DNA of 64,000 bases from Rhizophagus irregularis (lineage: Eukaryota). How positions within the stretch are numbered: the stretch's first letter is position 1; each line of letters opens with the position of its first letter. The stretch is from the NCBI RefSeq assembly GCF_026210795.1, contig NC_089432.1:1302001-1366000 (forward strand), given 5' to 3'. Made by a program: the position numbers and the translations under genes. The notes under the pieces are model-generated. The model was given only the letters and a program-made list of their open reading frames with translations, was not told the DNA's origin and did no database searches. Below, piece after piece: positions 11,862 to 23,154 of this stretch.

Positions 11862-14096
11862 ATGAGTTTTAATATTGGAAAAAAATTTTCAAAAAAATTC
11901 CTAAAAAACATAGAAAAATCTTATCGTTCGGTAACTAACGAAGAAGATATATACTATACGTACTCTTCACCAAACACAGTTAACAATATGTCTAACAGTA
12001 AACCTAATAACCTTCCTGAACCAAATATCGATAAAGTACCTACGGACTGTCCTATGGAAGAAGTTATAGCTACTTCTTCAACTCACGACCTCTCTCACAG
12101 TGAAATTGAACTCACATCACGTGACCTATCAAAAAATGATACTCACACGCAAACACCAATCAACGAAAACTTGACTAATATGGAGGAAGATCCTTCGGAA
12201 CCTAATCCAGATAAAGGAAAATCACCGGAATCACAAACAGCCACACAATCAAACTTACCAAATGCGATTCCAATGACCGTGCTAACTGATATTTTTACAC
12301 AAACATCACAAGCTCTTAACAAAGCACACAAAGGATTTATTCCCAGAGATAGTTTTAAATCTGATCTTTCAAACAACGAAATAATTAACTTACTAAAAAC
12401 GGCATTTATCCGTGACAGTAACGCCTTCAAATTTGAATCCAACGTAACTTCCACATACAAATATTTTACTATATATTTTAGAACATGGGACTCACTTAAG
12501 CAATATATAGAAAAGAGCCCTGATAACCTTAAACAGGTTAAAATATACGAATTAACCAATGAAGCTATCAACACCTTATTGGATCAAAAATTCGCTAACT
12601 TGGACGCAGCAGTCATAAAAATTATGGACATACCTTATAATTATGACACATCAATGCTTATTAAACACCTTGCTATCAAGACCAACAGCAATGTTATAGA
12701 CCATAAAGAGCTCAAAAAACCGCCAAGAAAATTACCTAACCGCAACAATCGTGGACGCCCGATTTTCATCAAACCGGCATACAAACAACTAATCGTACGC
12801 TTCGATAAACAATCCGCCTACGATTATTTCATGAAAGAAAACTATTGGAGCTTAGAAATAGAAAATTTCGTAGTAAGAATTCTACCAGGCAATCAGAATG
12901 ACCCTGAGTATCAAAAACGCACCAGTAAATACTTTAAAATTACTGGACTACCACTCAACACAACAGCTATGGATCTTAATCCACTTATCAAACATGTATA
13001 TGGACGTACTTGTACGTTCACACAAACGACTCGATATTCAACTATGAAAAACGCTTACGTATATGTTTCACCAGAAAATTACCCTGATAACGCTACGGGA
13101 GGCGCGTCTTCACTATTCGAGAACCACAACATCTATATCATTCCAGGGCACATATCAGCCAAAACTTGCAACACTTGTGGATCCCCTTTACATATTTCTC
13201 AAAACTGTGACGATATAAACTTCAAAACAACAAGTGATAACCGTAAAATATATAACAAAAGATTTATTGATAGAAAAGAAGAAAAAATCACTATCCACGA
13301 GAACCACAAAAACAGATACAATCACGTGATTTCTCTTAACGCTAATAAAAACTCAAACTCATCACAAACCAACAACAAACGTTCATCATCACAAACAGAT
13401 ACCCACAATATAAGATCACTACCTACTAAATCACAATACCCCCGTCAAACAAGACAACCATACAACAAAACACACAATATGAACGATATTAATAACTGGG
13501 ACGAACCCTCTACATCTACTCCTCAATACCAGCATCAGCACACATCAAATGATGAAATAGACAAAAGAATCATAGAGCTAGAGAAACAAATACAAAATCT
13601 CCTAAATAATATTAAAACTTTACAAGAAGATAAAGTTAAAACGGACAAAACAATCGCTGACATCCATCACAACGCTAGCCTAATGAACACATCACTTACG
13701 AATGTGAATACAAGACTAGATAAATATGATTCAATCCTCGAACGTCTTACCACTAACATTAGTTTACTTAGTAAGAAAGAAATTTTATCCACACAAGAAC
13801 GCCCTCGTAAAATATCCAAAAAAATTACACCATATGATCAAACTTCGTACAGATCCACCAAATCCAAATACAACCTTAGAAATAACAAAGACTACAACAA
13901 TTCAGCTGAAGATAGTGAATTTGTCCCGGTAACAGAAGATGACACTGATGCCCCTGACGACACCGCTATGTCGGACGGTGCCATCTTCGAAGGCATAATT
14001 GATAAAACACTAGATGAACCCGTGAAAAATGACACTTTTACCGTCAAATCTTATAACCCATTGAACCTCCTCCCGAGCTTCAACGCGACACGCTAA
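11862..14096 (+). CDS. LINE ORF1 (gag-like nucleic-acid-binding protein)
   Basis: CCHC knuckle CNTCGSPLHISQNC, C-terminal coiled-coil-like heptads, homology to 60278..62554. First ATG at 11862; true start may be 11988. Confidence 0.85.
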   Translation: MSFNIGKKFSKKFLKNIEKSYRSVTNEEDIYYTYSSPNTVNNMSNSKPNNLPEPNIDKVPTDCPMEEVIATSSTHDLSHSEIELTSRDLSKNDTHTQTPINENLTNMEEDPSEPNPDKGKSPESQTATQSNLPNAIPMTVLTDIFTQTSQALNKAHKGFIPRDSFKSDLSNNEIINLLKTAFIRDSNAFKFESNVTSTYKYFTIYFRTWDSLKQYIEKSPDNLKQVKIYELTNEAINTLLDQKFANLDAAVIKIMDIPYNYDTSMLIKHLAIKTNSNVIDHKELKKPPRKLPNRNNRGRPIFIKPAYKQLIVRFDKQSAYDYFMKENYWSLEIENFVVRILPGNQNDPEYQKRTSKYFKITGLPLNTTAMDLNPLIKHVYGRTCTFTQTTRYSTMKNAYVYVSPENYPDNATGGASSLFENHNIYIIPGHISAKTCNTCGSPLHISQNCDDINFKTTSDNRKIYNKRFIDRKEEKITIHENHKNRYNHVISLNANKNSNSSQTNNKRSSSQTDTHNIRSLPTKSQYPRQTRQPYNKTHNMNDINNWDEPSTSTPQYQHQHTSNDEIDKRIIELEKQIQNLLNNIKTLQEDKVKTDKTIADIHHNASLMNTSLTNVNTRLDKYDSILERLTTNISLLSKKEILSTQERPRKISKKITPYDQTSYRSTKSKYNLRNNKDYNNSAEDSEFVPVTEDDTDAPDDTAMSDGAIFEGIIDKTLDEPVKNDTFTVKSYNPLNLLPSFNATR

Positions 14097-14207
14097 TTGT
14101 TGATCCTAAATCCTCAACATATATCTGGACTTATTTACGATTCTCCCTTTTTGATTTCAACGTTTTAATTGTTTTTTACACATCATTTTAATTAAAATAT
14201 TTTTTTT

Positions 14208-17200
14208 ATGGAATACACCAATTTTATTAACACGGTTGGCGTCGAAAACCAACCTTCATTTCAAGTGCCTACTAATTTTTCATCTTCTTCTTCAAAAAAT
14301 ATAGAAAAAACACAAAAAAATACATATAATCAAAATACCAAAAACAACTATAACAATAACAACAACAATAGTCACCACAGCTTAGGCTCTACATTTCATA
14401 CTTCTGATACAAACGACTTACCTAACGAAGAACACATTACTAATTTACACGTTGTTAACACTGATAATGACTATTTTATAGATTACCTTAAAATTGGAAC
14501 TATCAACATCCAAGGAGGTTATAAAGCCAAATTAATTGATATTATCAATTACTTCGTCACACACAACTTTAACATTCTTGGCTTAACAGAAACACAATAT
14601 TGTCACAAACATGAAAATAATAAATTAGTCGAAAGACACCCTCACCCAACTAATAAAAATTTATCTATTTATATAATTCTAGACGCTAATGGAGATAATA
14701 AGGGCTCTGGCGTCGGGATAATGCTTACCAGTACTCTATACCAACACGTACATCAAATACGTTTTTACAAAGGTCGCGTGTTAAATATTGAATTGGGCTT
14801 CAAACGTGACCACAAATTGAACATCACATGTCTATATTTACCTGCTGGAAGAGACAAACAAACCAATATTATTAAAAAAGACTGCAATCAATTCTTCGAC
14901 CAACTATACAGTACACAAACCATTAATGATGATAATCACAAATACTACAATCTTATCATGGGGGACCTCAATTGTTACCCAAAAGAGAAAAATAATCTTA
15001 ATCACCATATTATTCAGATGGCTAAATTGAAAGGCTTTAAAGACATGGCAAAATTCCATGCTGAAAACCATACTCCAGAAATAACTAGGCTCACACATAG
15101 AATAGACTATATATTTGGAAATACCAATATCCTTAACGCATCAATTCATACCTTTGCACAACAAATCCCACCATCACATTTCACTAGCGACCATAAAGCA
15201 GTGATTACATTATTACAAAATGACCTTTTCAAACGTTCACGACATCGTCAAGGTAACAGACGATATGAACAAAAAGAGAAACCAAATTACTCATTAATGA
15301 ATGATGATTTATGGGAAAATTACAAATCTCATTCAAAAATATATTTTAAAAACCGTTTCAAACATATAGATTTAAACAATATTACGACACAAGATGATTT
15401 GGACCATATTTGGAACATATTTGAACACAGTCTACATAACATTAAAAAATCACATATTCCTCAAAAGAAAATAACACCTCAAGAACACCATCATTTATAC
15501 CCTCTACACATTCGACAACTGAACCACCACGTGATCACTTTATATAAAACAAAACAATTTCTTAATTTAAAACATATTTATATCAGGAATAAAATGAATA
15601 AACCAACAGATAAAACCTTACTTATCTCACTTATTCCCGATTCAATGTGGACCTTATATTTTAAAAATTGGAAAGTTCATCGTGATCACATACAAAAAAT
15701 AGCACGTTCAATGGACTACGACATTATATTAAATAATTTTATAACACAAGAAGATTTCTATGCACAAAAAACAGAAATTTATAAACTATATAATTATTTA
15801 AAACAAAAAAGAAATGATGAATTATCACAATGGAAAACTGAACGTATTGAACATTTTATCAATCAAAGAAATTTTGATTTATCAACTAATCAAACAAAAA
15901 TGATCAACTCTATACTTCAACGAAAACCTAGAAAAATTACTTTAGACCGATTAATTATCAAAGATAACAATAATGTTAATGTATTTACTAACAACCCCCA
16001 AATTATACAAAAAGAAGCTATTAAACATTATCAAAATATAGGTAAACATGATAATCAAACATCATACCATTCTATCGACGATTTACCCTTACCATGGCGC
16101 ATGATATATGATCCGGCCAACCACCATTCAAATAATGATTGTTGGGATATACTTCAACAACAGATTGATATTTCTGACGTATTAGCCGTCTTGAAAAATT
16201 CTCCTCTTAACAAAGCACCTGGTCCTTCACAAATTACTTATGAAGACTTGAAACACCTACATAAAGACGTATTAATATTACTTACTCAGATCTTTAATCT
16301 ATGTATCCATTTAGATACGATACCCACAAAATGGTGTGACGCTCTGCTATTCCCAATACCGAAGCCACATGACTGGGATAGTAAACTTACGAATACAAGA
16401 CCTATTACCCTTTTGGAAACGACAAGAAAATTGATGGTCTCAATTTTTTCTCAAAGATTAAATCATTCATTAGCGAAACACAACATTTTACAATTCAACA
16501 ACCGTGCGGGCGTTCTGGGACAATCATGTTTAGAACCACTGTTCCAAATACAACATTCAATTGAACATGCCCGCATTTATAAGAAACCACTATGGATTGC
16601 CATTCAAGATTTGTCAAAGGCTTATGATAGAGTCGATATTACATTATTACGATTAGCTCTGCAACGTATTAAAATCCCGGAAAAGATAATCACTTTTTTT
16701 ATTAATTTATTTTCTAACCGGTACAACTCCATCATTTTACCAAATGGAAATTTAGCATCATATAAGGTCTTACAGGGTATAGACCAAGGCGAAGTAGTTT
16801 CACCGCTTTTATGGAACATATATTACGACCCCCTGTTCTATCACATCAATCAACTATCACATCTTGCTTATAAGTGTGATACTACGAAAATCAAAAATAT
16901 TTATCACAAAGATTCCGACATCACTCACCATTTTGAATTATCTCTGGTCGGATATCTCGATGACACCACCTGGTTTAGTCCCTCTCTAGAAACACTTGAA
17001 ACTAAACTAGACATTGCACATTCATTTTATGATTTAGCAAAAATTAAAGTGAATATTGATAAATACAAAATCCTTACGAATCAGCGATTAGGTAACGATA
17101 GAAAAATCGTACAACTCACCATCAATGGACAAATTACAGATGTTGATATCGTCTCAAAATATAAAGGCACAAGAATCTTAGGATTATATATCAACCCTTT

Positions 17201-19091
17201 AGATAGACACCAACAAACGTTAACCAAAGCACGTTCGATCATTATGAATCACGTAATCACAATGCGCCACAAAAAAATTGCACATGCTCACGCAATATAT
17301 ATTATTAACAAAGTTATTTTTCCAAAGTTGGAGTATCTTTTTCAGCACACGATCTTAAATTATACCCAAGTACAGAAACTGGTTGTACCTCTCAAAAAAT
17401 TATTCAAAAAATTTTTTTCTTTACCACTTAATACGGCAGACAACATCATTTACAATAACATGTATCCACACATTGATAATTTGATGGACCTACTAGTCAA
17501 ATCACAATTAAATGCACTATCGGCTCTATTCAATACTGATATCCTAAGACCTATAGCGATCCAAAAACTGGATATTTTAACTCATGAACTTTGGTATCCA
17601 GGAATACCTCACGATACTAATAAATATATAGGTAAAATCTCCTCACCAAGCTATTTATCAAAGAGTTTATCTCTACTACAACAATATCAAATTCACTTGG
17701 ATCCCACCATTAGCTATGGCATCATAGGGGGACATACACCAATAGTGGAATACCTTCCGAACTTATCTTCTAATGATTACAAATCTTTACGAAATAAGAG
17801 GATCATGTATATAGACCAACTAGTATCCGCAGACGGTAACTACCTTCTGACTTGGAATGAAGTAAAACGTCTAAACAATAATAATTTTAGAGGACCTAAA
17901 CCAAACTGGTTTAAAGTATTAGAAAATGAATTTACCCTAAGTAATTATCGTACTTTGACTTATCCGCTTAACGACAATTACACAATTCCTGCACGTTTAC
18001 AACAAATCCCTGATCAATCCCTGGGTAATCATAGAAAACGTAATGAATGGACATATCATTGGGACGCTAGATTACAAACTTGTATTATGGGAAAAACATA
18101 TATACAAGATACCGATACGAATAGTTCCATTACTATCATGGAACATTATTTACCTTATAATAATTCTTTAATATCAAATAATATTACCCCTCAGATACCA
18201 CATTCTTTACCCTTAATTTTAACTCCTTGTCCAGGTTGTCATCTTAATGACCATAGTTTAATTTTACAAGACGCACGTATTAAATGTTCAATTTCTACAC
18301 GTACAAATCGTCTTTCAACCTTCAACACTTTTAATCACCTAAACCAAGAACACAAAAGATTTAAAAATCTTCCCCTGTCTAAATATTATGTTAGCACCAA
18401 ACCTTTACATCAAATTAGACATAGTGCATATAATATTTACTTATCTCAACATAACGTTAATATAGTAACTCCCATCACCACAACATTAGAAATTCTATCG
18501 TTACATGATGAAAATCATGTTTTACGACAATTATCGTCCGTTATAGATTCTGCCCTTTTATGTGACGATAATATTAAATTAATTTTAATAGATATAGCTT
18601 CAAAATTTTTTTCTTATACTAATTTTCAATTTTATTCAGATGGTTCTGTTTCAGATATAGGTACAATTAATAGTAAATCTGGGTTCGGCTGGATTCAGAC
18701 AGATCCCCTTTTACCACAACTTTCTTTTTCGGGATCTACAATTTTTTTCCCTTCTTCTTTTAAAAGCGAAAGCTTTGCTATTTTGACAATTTTATTAGTT
18801 TTACCTCCCAACGCCACATGTGAAATATTTACTGATTCACAAAATTGTATAGATACCTTTAATCAACGACTAGGTTCACCCTCAATAAGTCCCCGACGTA
18901 GGCTGAAACAAAATAATTTCTTATTATGGGATCTTATAATGTGGTTAATATCACACCATCACCTCACGATCCAACTGAGAAAAGTTAAAGGACATAGTAA
19001 CGACAAGGCTAATGATCAAGCAGACGCCCTAGCTAAACAAGGCAGATATTCGCTCGCTCCGATCATCATTAATCACAAATTCTTTCATTAA
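14208..19091 (+). CDS. LINE ORF2: APE endonuclease, reverse transcriptase, RNase H (ends at an in-frame TAA)
   Basis: APE motifs TINIQG, GLTET, MGDLN, RIDYIF, SDH; RT motifs KAPGP, RPITLLE, QDLSKAYD, QGEVVSPLLW, YLDD; RNase H motifs YSDGS, FTDSQ, KVKGHS, NDQADALAK. Confidence 0.95.
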   Translation: MEYTNFINTVGVENQPSFQVPTNFSSSSSKNIEKTQKNTYNQNTKNNYNNNNNNSHHSLGSTFHTSDTNDLPNEEHITNLHVVNTDNDYFIDYLKIGTINIQGGYKAKLIDIINYFVTHNFNILGLTETQYCHKHENNKLVERHPHPTNKNLSIYIILDANGDNKGSGVGIMLTSTLYQHVHQIRFYKGRVLNIELGFKRDHKLNITCLYLPAGRDKQTNIIKKDCNQFFDQLYSTQTINDDNHKYYNLIMGDLNCYPKEKNNLNHHIIQMAKLKGFKDMAKFHAENHTPEITRLTHRIDYIFGNTNILNASIHTFAQQIPPSHFTSDHKAVITLLQNDLFKRSRHRQGNRRYEQKEKPNYSLMNDDLWENYKSHSKIYFKNRFKHIDLNNITTQDDLDHIWNIFEHSLHNIKKSHIPQKKITPQEHHHLYPLHIRQLNHHVITLYKTKQFLNLKHIYIRNKMNKPTDKTLLISLIPDSMWTLYFKNWKVHRDHIQKIARSMDYDIILNNFITQEDFYAQKTEIYKLYNYLKQKRNDELSQWKTERIEHFINQRNFDLSTNQTKMINSILQRKPRKITLDRLIIKDNNNVNVFTNNPQIIQKEAIKHYQNIGKHDNQTSYHSIDDLPLPWRMIYDPANHHSNNDCWDILQQQIDISDVLAVLKNSPLNKAPGPSQITYEDLKHLHKDVLILLTQIFNLCIHLDTIPTKWCDALLFPIPKPHDWDSKLTNTRPITLLETTRKLMVSIFSQRLNHSLAKHNILQFNNRAGVLGQSCLEPLFQIQHSIEHARIYKKPLWIAIQDLSKAYDRVDITLLRLALQRIKIPEKIITFFINLFSNRYNSIILPNGNLASYKVLQGIDQGEVVSPLLWNIYYDPLFYHINQLSHLAYKCDTTKIKNIYHKDSDITHHFELSLVGYLDDTTWFSPSLETLETKLDIAHSFYDLAKIKVNIDKYKILTNQRLGNDRKIVQLTINGQITDVDIVSKYKGTRILGLYINPLDRHQQTLTKARSIIMNHVITMRHKKIAHAHAIYIINKVIFPKLEYLFQHTILNYTQVQKLVVPLKKLFKKFFSLPLNTADNIIYNNMYPHIDNLMDLLVKSQLNALSALFNTDILRPIAIQKLDILTHELWYPGIPHDTNKYIGKISSPSYLSKSLSLLQQYQIHLDPTISYGIIGGHTPIVEYLPNLSSNDYKSLRNKRIMYIDQLVSADGNYLLTWNEVKRLNNNNFRGPKPNWFKVLENEFTLSNYRTLTYPLNDNYTIPARLQQIPDQSLGNHRKRNEWTYHWDARLQTCIMGKTYIQDTDTNSSITIMEHYLPYNNSLISNNITPQIPHSLPLILTPCPGCHLNDHSLILQDARIKCSISTRTNRLSTFNTFNHLNQEHKRFKNLPLSKYYVSTKPLHQIRHSAYNIYLSQHNVNIVTPITTTLEILSLHDENHVLRQLSSVIDSALLCDDNIKLILIDIASKFFSYTNFQFYSDGSVSDIGTINSKSGFGWIQTDPLLPQLSFSGSTIFFPSSFKSESFAILTILLVLPPNATCEIFTDSQNCIDTFNQRLGSPSISPRRRLKQNNFLLWDLIMWLISHHHLTIQLRKVKGHSNDKANDQADALAKQGRYSLAPIIINHKFFH

Positions 19092-20183
19092 AGCTCCCTA
19101 GCGCTTTTCAACTACAATCATATTAGCGTAATTGATCGTAATTTACGCAAATGGAGTAACATACCCATTCAATCTAGAATTTTTAATATGGCTATGAACA
19201 ACAGCTCACTATTACCCATTAACCATCAAATAACATACGGCGACATCGATTGGATTTACACCAAACAATGGATCAATTCTAATCCTTTTGACATGCCCAC
19301 GTCATCTAAATTATCTAAAATTCAATCTAATAGACTCAAGAAATCCACTTTTACATATCCAACAGGCAACATTTTACAGCGCAATTACCCCAACCTTTAT
19401 CCTCTAGGCCGTATCCACTGTACAGAATGCTCGATCGATGAAGATACTAATGCACATATTGGTTTATGCCCATCTCATCGTCAATCTATAACGTCGCTCC
19501 TAACCAAATTCAAAAAGAATCTAATTGATCTTCTTAGGAACGAAGGCACTAGCAATTTATCCTTTGACATAGAATCAAGGGTCAATAATTCTAATATGTT
19601 CAAAGTCCTCCCAGACGTCTTAGACGTGGCTCGTCTACTGGATACTACAGATCACTTATGTATCCCACGAGAACAACCTTGGATTTTATTATTACACCAC
19701 CTCATCCCTCGGGATTTAGCTGTATTTTTTGATAATTATTTCAGCAAAGCGGCGGAAAGGTCGCGTTTCCTGATACAATATGTCACCGATTTTATTTCGG
19801 AACTGACAACTATCACTTGGTCATCACGTTCCCGCTCGTTTAAAAAATGGGAAAAAAGTCTAGACATTACTTTAAAGAAAAAGAAAAATTATCGAAAACA
19901 CACCGGCATTACTTCTGCCAGGGCGTCTTCATCGGCCACCACCTCACCTCCTAACGTTACCCATAAGCGACGAAATCGATATACTCGTTATTATCACAAC
20001 AAAGTTCTACCATATTACAAAGAAAAAGTCACTTTTGACGTGTCCGCGTGTATACGCTGGACGACCTGTAATTTTTTACATAGTGGTTCTTGGGAATCTT
20101 ATAGAGATAATCTCTTATTTAATTTAGATAATTTCTCCCCTGTACAATCCTTTTTAGATTCACTTAGACCACATATAACTTAG
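19092..20183 (+). CDS. In-frame C-terminal continuation of ORF2 with Cys/His zinc motif
   Basis: Open in the ORF2 frame straight after the TAA (SSLALFNYNH...); contains CTECSIDEDTNAHIGLC. Confidence 0.8.
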   Translation, partial: SSLALFNYNHISVIDRNLRKWSNIPIQSRIFNMAMNNSSLLPINHQITYGDIDWIYTKQWINSNPFDMPTSSKLSKIQSNRLKKSTFTYPTGNILQRNYPNLYPLGRIHCTECSIDEDTNAHIGLCPSHRQSITSLLTKFKKNLIDLLRNEGTSNLSFDIESRVNNSNMFKVLPDVLDVARLLDTTDHLCIPREQPWILLLHHLIPRDLAVFFDNYFSKAAERSRFLIQYVTDFISELTTITWSSRSRSFKKWEKSLDITLKKKKNYRKHTGITSARASSSATTSPPNVTHKRRNRYTRYYHNKVLPYYKEKVTFDVSACIRWTTCNFLHSGSWESYRDNLLFNLDNFSPVQSFLDSLRPHIT

Positions 20184-20410
20184 TGCTAAAGCCTTTTCTT
20201 TGGTTTGTTGGGATGTGATGTCGTGTTAGGGACTCCTCCGGGTTTGTTAAAGGTACCAGAGTGGCGCTGTCCTCGGGCGGTTTGATTATAGCTTAGTATT
20301 AGATAGCGTTCGACTTTAGTTTTATCTTTTGTTCTTGTCTATCTTTCTGTAATCTTGTTCACGTGGTTTTTAAAAATAAAAATAAAATAAAATCGATCCT
20401 TTTCCTATTC

Positions 20411-20547
20411 CAGGGTGGCGCTGTCAGATTTGGCGGTTTGGTACACGATTTAATTTAGAATTACTTTAAACTTACGAATAGTTTGTCCCTGTAATTTGTA
20501 TCGTGACTTTGTTCACATGGAAATTAAAAATAAAAATAAAAATAAAA
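20411..20547 (+). mobile_element. 5'-truncated related LINE 3' end with (TAAAA)n tail
   Basis: Shares gtggcgctgtc, ggcggtttg, ctgtaat and ttgttcac(g/a)tgg with the 3' end of the full element; flanked by 18-bp tcgatccttttcctattc at 20393-20410 and 20548-20565. Confidence 0.8.
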
Positions 20548-20563
20548 TCGATCCTTTTCCTAT

Positions 20564-20770
20564 TCTTGTTGTTTCTTCTTCTTCGTCGGAATCTTTTCAT
20601 TCTCCACTTTCTTCGGCTTTGAATTTTCAGCCCGTGGCGATTCCAGTATCGGTTTTTTCTCTCCGATCTCTCTTTCACCAGTCAAACGATTCTCATCCTT
20701 TAGTCTCGTTGTGAAATCATCATTGAGCGAGGTATATTCTTGCAAAATTTTGCTTTGTTCCGCTAGACTA
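20564..20770 (-). mobile_element. 5' part of the minus-strand host retro-insertion
   Basis: Lies between the last LINE TSD and the outer TSD; minus strand is purine-rich with open Lys/Arg/Glu-rich frames. Confidence 0.6.
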
Positions 20771-20784
20771 ATTTCACTAGCCAG

Positions 20785-22026
20785 GTTATCAATGAAACTC
20801 CAATATTATTACGAGTAAGGATACAAGCACCCCTTTTTTGCACTTAATGCCGGCCAAGATCCTCATAATTCTGGCCATAATAGTCATAATTCTGGCCAGA
20901 TGGATTTTTTAATGATGTTTATGATTTTGCAAATATTATGAAACCTATCAGAGACGCTATTCTCATAGCTGGTTGTTGTTTTTCTTTGGCATGTCTTGGT
21001 CAATCGATTAACAAGATTCCTGATGAAAATGAAAATGCAAGGTTTCGTCAGCATGCAATAATGCGATAAAATCCTTCATTGAACGTTTTAAAATGTACGA
21101 TTTTGATGAATATCTCTTTCATATTATTTATATTGTTCCTGGGTACAAAAGTAAAAAAAATGTTAATTATTTTTTAAAAATTGGCAACTAATAAACAGGT
21201 TTTGGTGTAAAATGTTCGAGTTCAAAGTACAGCTGCACGTATTTAGCAGCAAATGTCAAAGGATCCCAATATTGCTGCTTACCTTATAGAATATGTTTAT
21301 TCAAAAAAAAAAGTCAGCGGAAACACTTCTAGCATAAATTGGCGAATTTCATTTACAACAGAATCATATAATATGCCATTCTCTTCACAAGTAAATACGG
21401 CCATTTAGTTGGTGGAAAATGTGCGCACCTACTCTCAATTAAATTGTTTTCAACGCAGCAAGTTGTAAACGGATTTGGTCAATCTGTGGATGGATGGTTG
21501 GTAAAACTAAGGAGAACAAAGATCCATTCCTATTATATTGCCAATAGTAAATCTGAGTTACCTAATCTTAGTAAAGATCGAACTGCTGAGGAACTTCGTA
21601 CAATTTTGAATTATGCCCATCTTTGTGATGATGAAAGAATATGTTGATGATTATAACGAAGAGGAAATGATAAAGTTGGAGTCCACCTATTGATAATGAT
21701 TGTGAACAGGTTCCATCTCAAGATTTGGAAATTATAAATGTGCTTGATTTGGATTCAATGGATTCAATGTTTAAGGATAAATCAAATAATATAACGGATA
21801 AGCAATTAGAATTAATGAATTTAAAGGAAGATGATTTTGATCCAGATTTATTAGTTCAAAAATTTAATTATAATTAATATAATAAGGTTTCGGTTATAAA
21901 GTGCTCCAAATCTAACAGTATATATAGTTTACCTAATTCTGAACTTCACACGTATATTATGAAATCAGCTGTAACCGGTAGTAAATGTCTTAACCGGTTA
22001 ACCATCTTAACCGATTCCAAACTCTA
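20785..22026 (+). pseudogene. hAT transposase relic, 3' part and probable right terminus
   Basis: Resumes the exon gttatc|aatgaaact; fragments WWKMC, WSICGWMVG, KIHSYYIANSKSEL and an acidic tail; ends in ttaaccgg repeats and ccaaactcta (TAGAGTTTGG on minus). Confidence 0.7.
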
Positions 22027-23154
22027 ATTTATTTATTGATTTACAGCAAAATTCGGACACTTGAGAAATTTCATTGTCGGGTAGCCGAGTTACTCGGGTA
22101 GAGAAAAGTATAAATAGCACGTGGCATGAGTATAATAGTGTATATTAAATAGTATATCAGATTATATATACCGTATAAATAAGATACTGAAACTTATTTA
22201 CTTTGAGAAATAAAAATAAAAATAAAACCGTATAAATAAGATCCTATATAAATAATATACTGTATAAATATAAAGAATAGTGTAACATACGTTTATGTCC
22301 GTATATTTTGGATTTTGCTGTAATTAATATCTCACATTATTTTATTTTAGGTTATCACTAATTTAATATTCATTAAATTTTGTTGTAAAGTCACCATGGC
22401 ATGAGGCATTTTTATACTGTATATACAGTACTAAACCGATTTAAAAGTGCAAAAAAGAAAGAAAAACATTTGTACAGTATACACGCAATATATTATGTAG
22501 ATGTACTAGTTTCATTTAGACAGGCTCTGAGGCTTTACTTTTTATCTAGTTGTAGCAGTACAGTATTGAATACAAGTTTGCAATGTACAAATAGAAACAT
22601 AGCGCAAATAACAATTGAACGTACGAATAGTATCTATTTCGCGAAATTAGAATAAATTAACTGTCGATACAATTCTTCAATCCGATTGCGTGTATGTATA
22701 AGTTCTCTCCATTTTAATTTAATATTATTATTATTATATCTTCACCACAATCTTTATTTTCTAGTTATCAACCAATCAAGCCATTTTTCAGCAATCAAAT
22801 ATTTTTCCTTGAGGTGGAGAAATCTAGAAAACTTGGTTTGTACCTATGAAAGGCTTTTTGTTTGTTTTATTTAAAAATTTTTTTTACACCTGGTACGTCT
22901 AAAATAAATTATTTTGTACAATAGTTTACTAAAAAAAAAAAATAATTTTTTCAATTTTCTGACAAATGATTGATATATATATTTTAATATAATTCACTAT
23001 ATTAAAAATTACTATATACAATTTAATTAATCGATAATTTAATATCGTGTAACATTTTTTTAATGGAAAATTAAATATTTTTTGTTATACATAATCAATT
23101 TAAAAAAAACAAAAATTCATTTGTTCGAATTAAAATAAAATAATAAAAATTAGG

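Larger units (their letters stand above)
11715..20392 (+). mobile_element. Full-length non-LTR retrotransposon (ORF1 + APE-RT-RNaseH-Zn ORF2) with (TAAAA)n tail
   Basis: Two ORFs, tail at 20371-20392, exact 16-bp TSD tcgatccttttcctat at 11699-11714 and 20393-20408. Confidence 0.92.

Noticed and set aside
20256..20565. LTR or 3' promoter repeat
   Set aside because: Only 16 bp is shared with the 5' end and each copy directly follows an A-rich tail, as expected for TSDs.
11206..20790. Single LINE with twin-priming inversion or an antisense poly(A) tail
   Set aside because: The LINE has its own (TAAAA)n tail and exact 16-bp TSD inside the outer TSD, so nesting is the simpler reading; not formally excluded.
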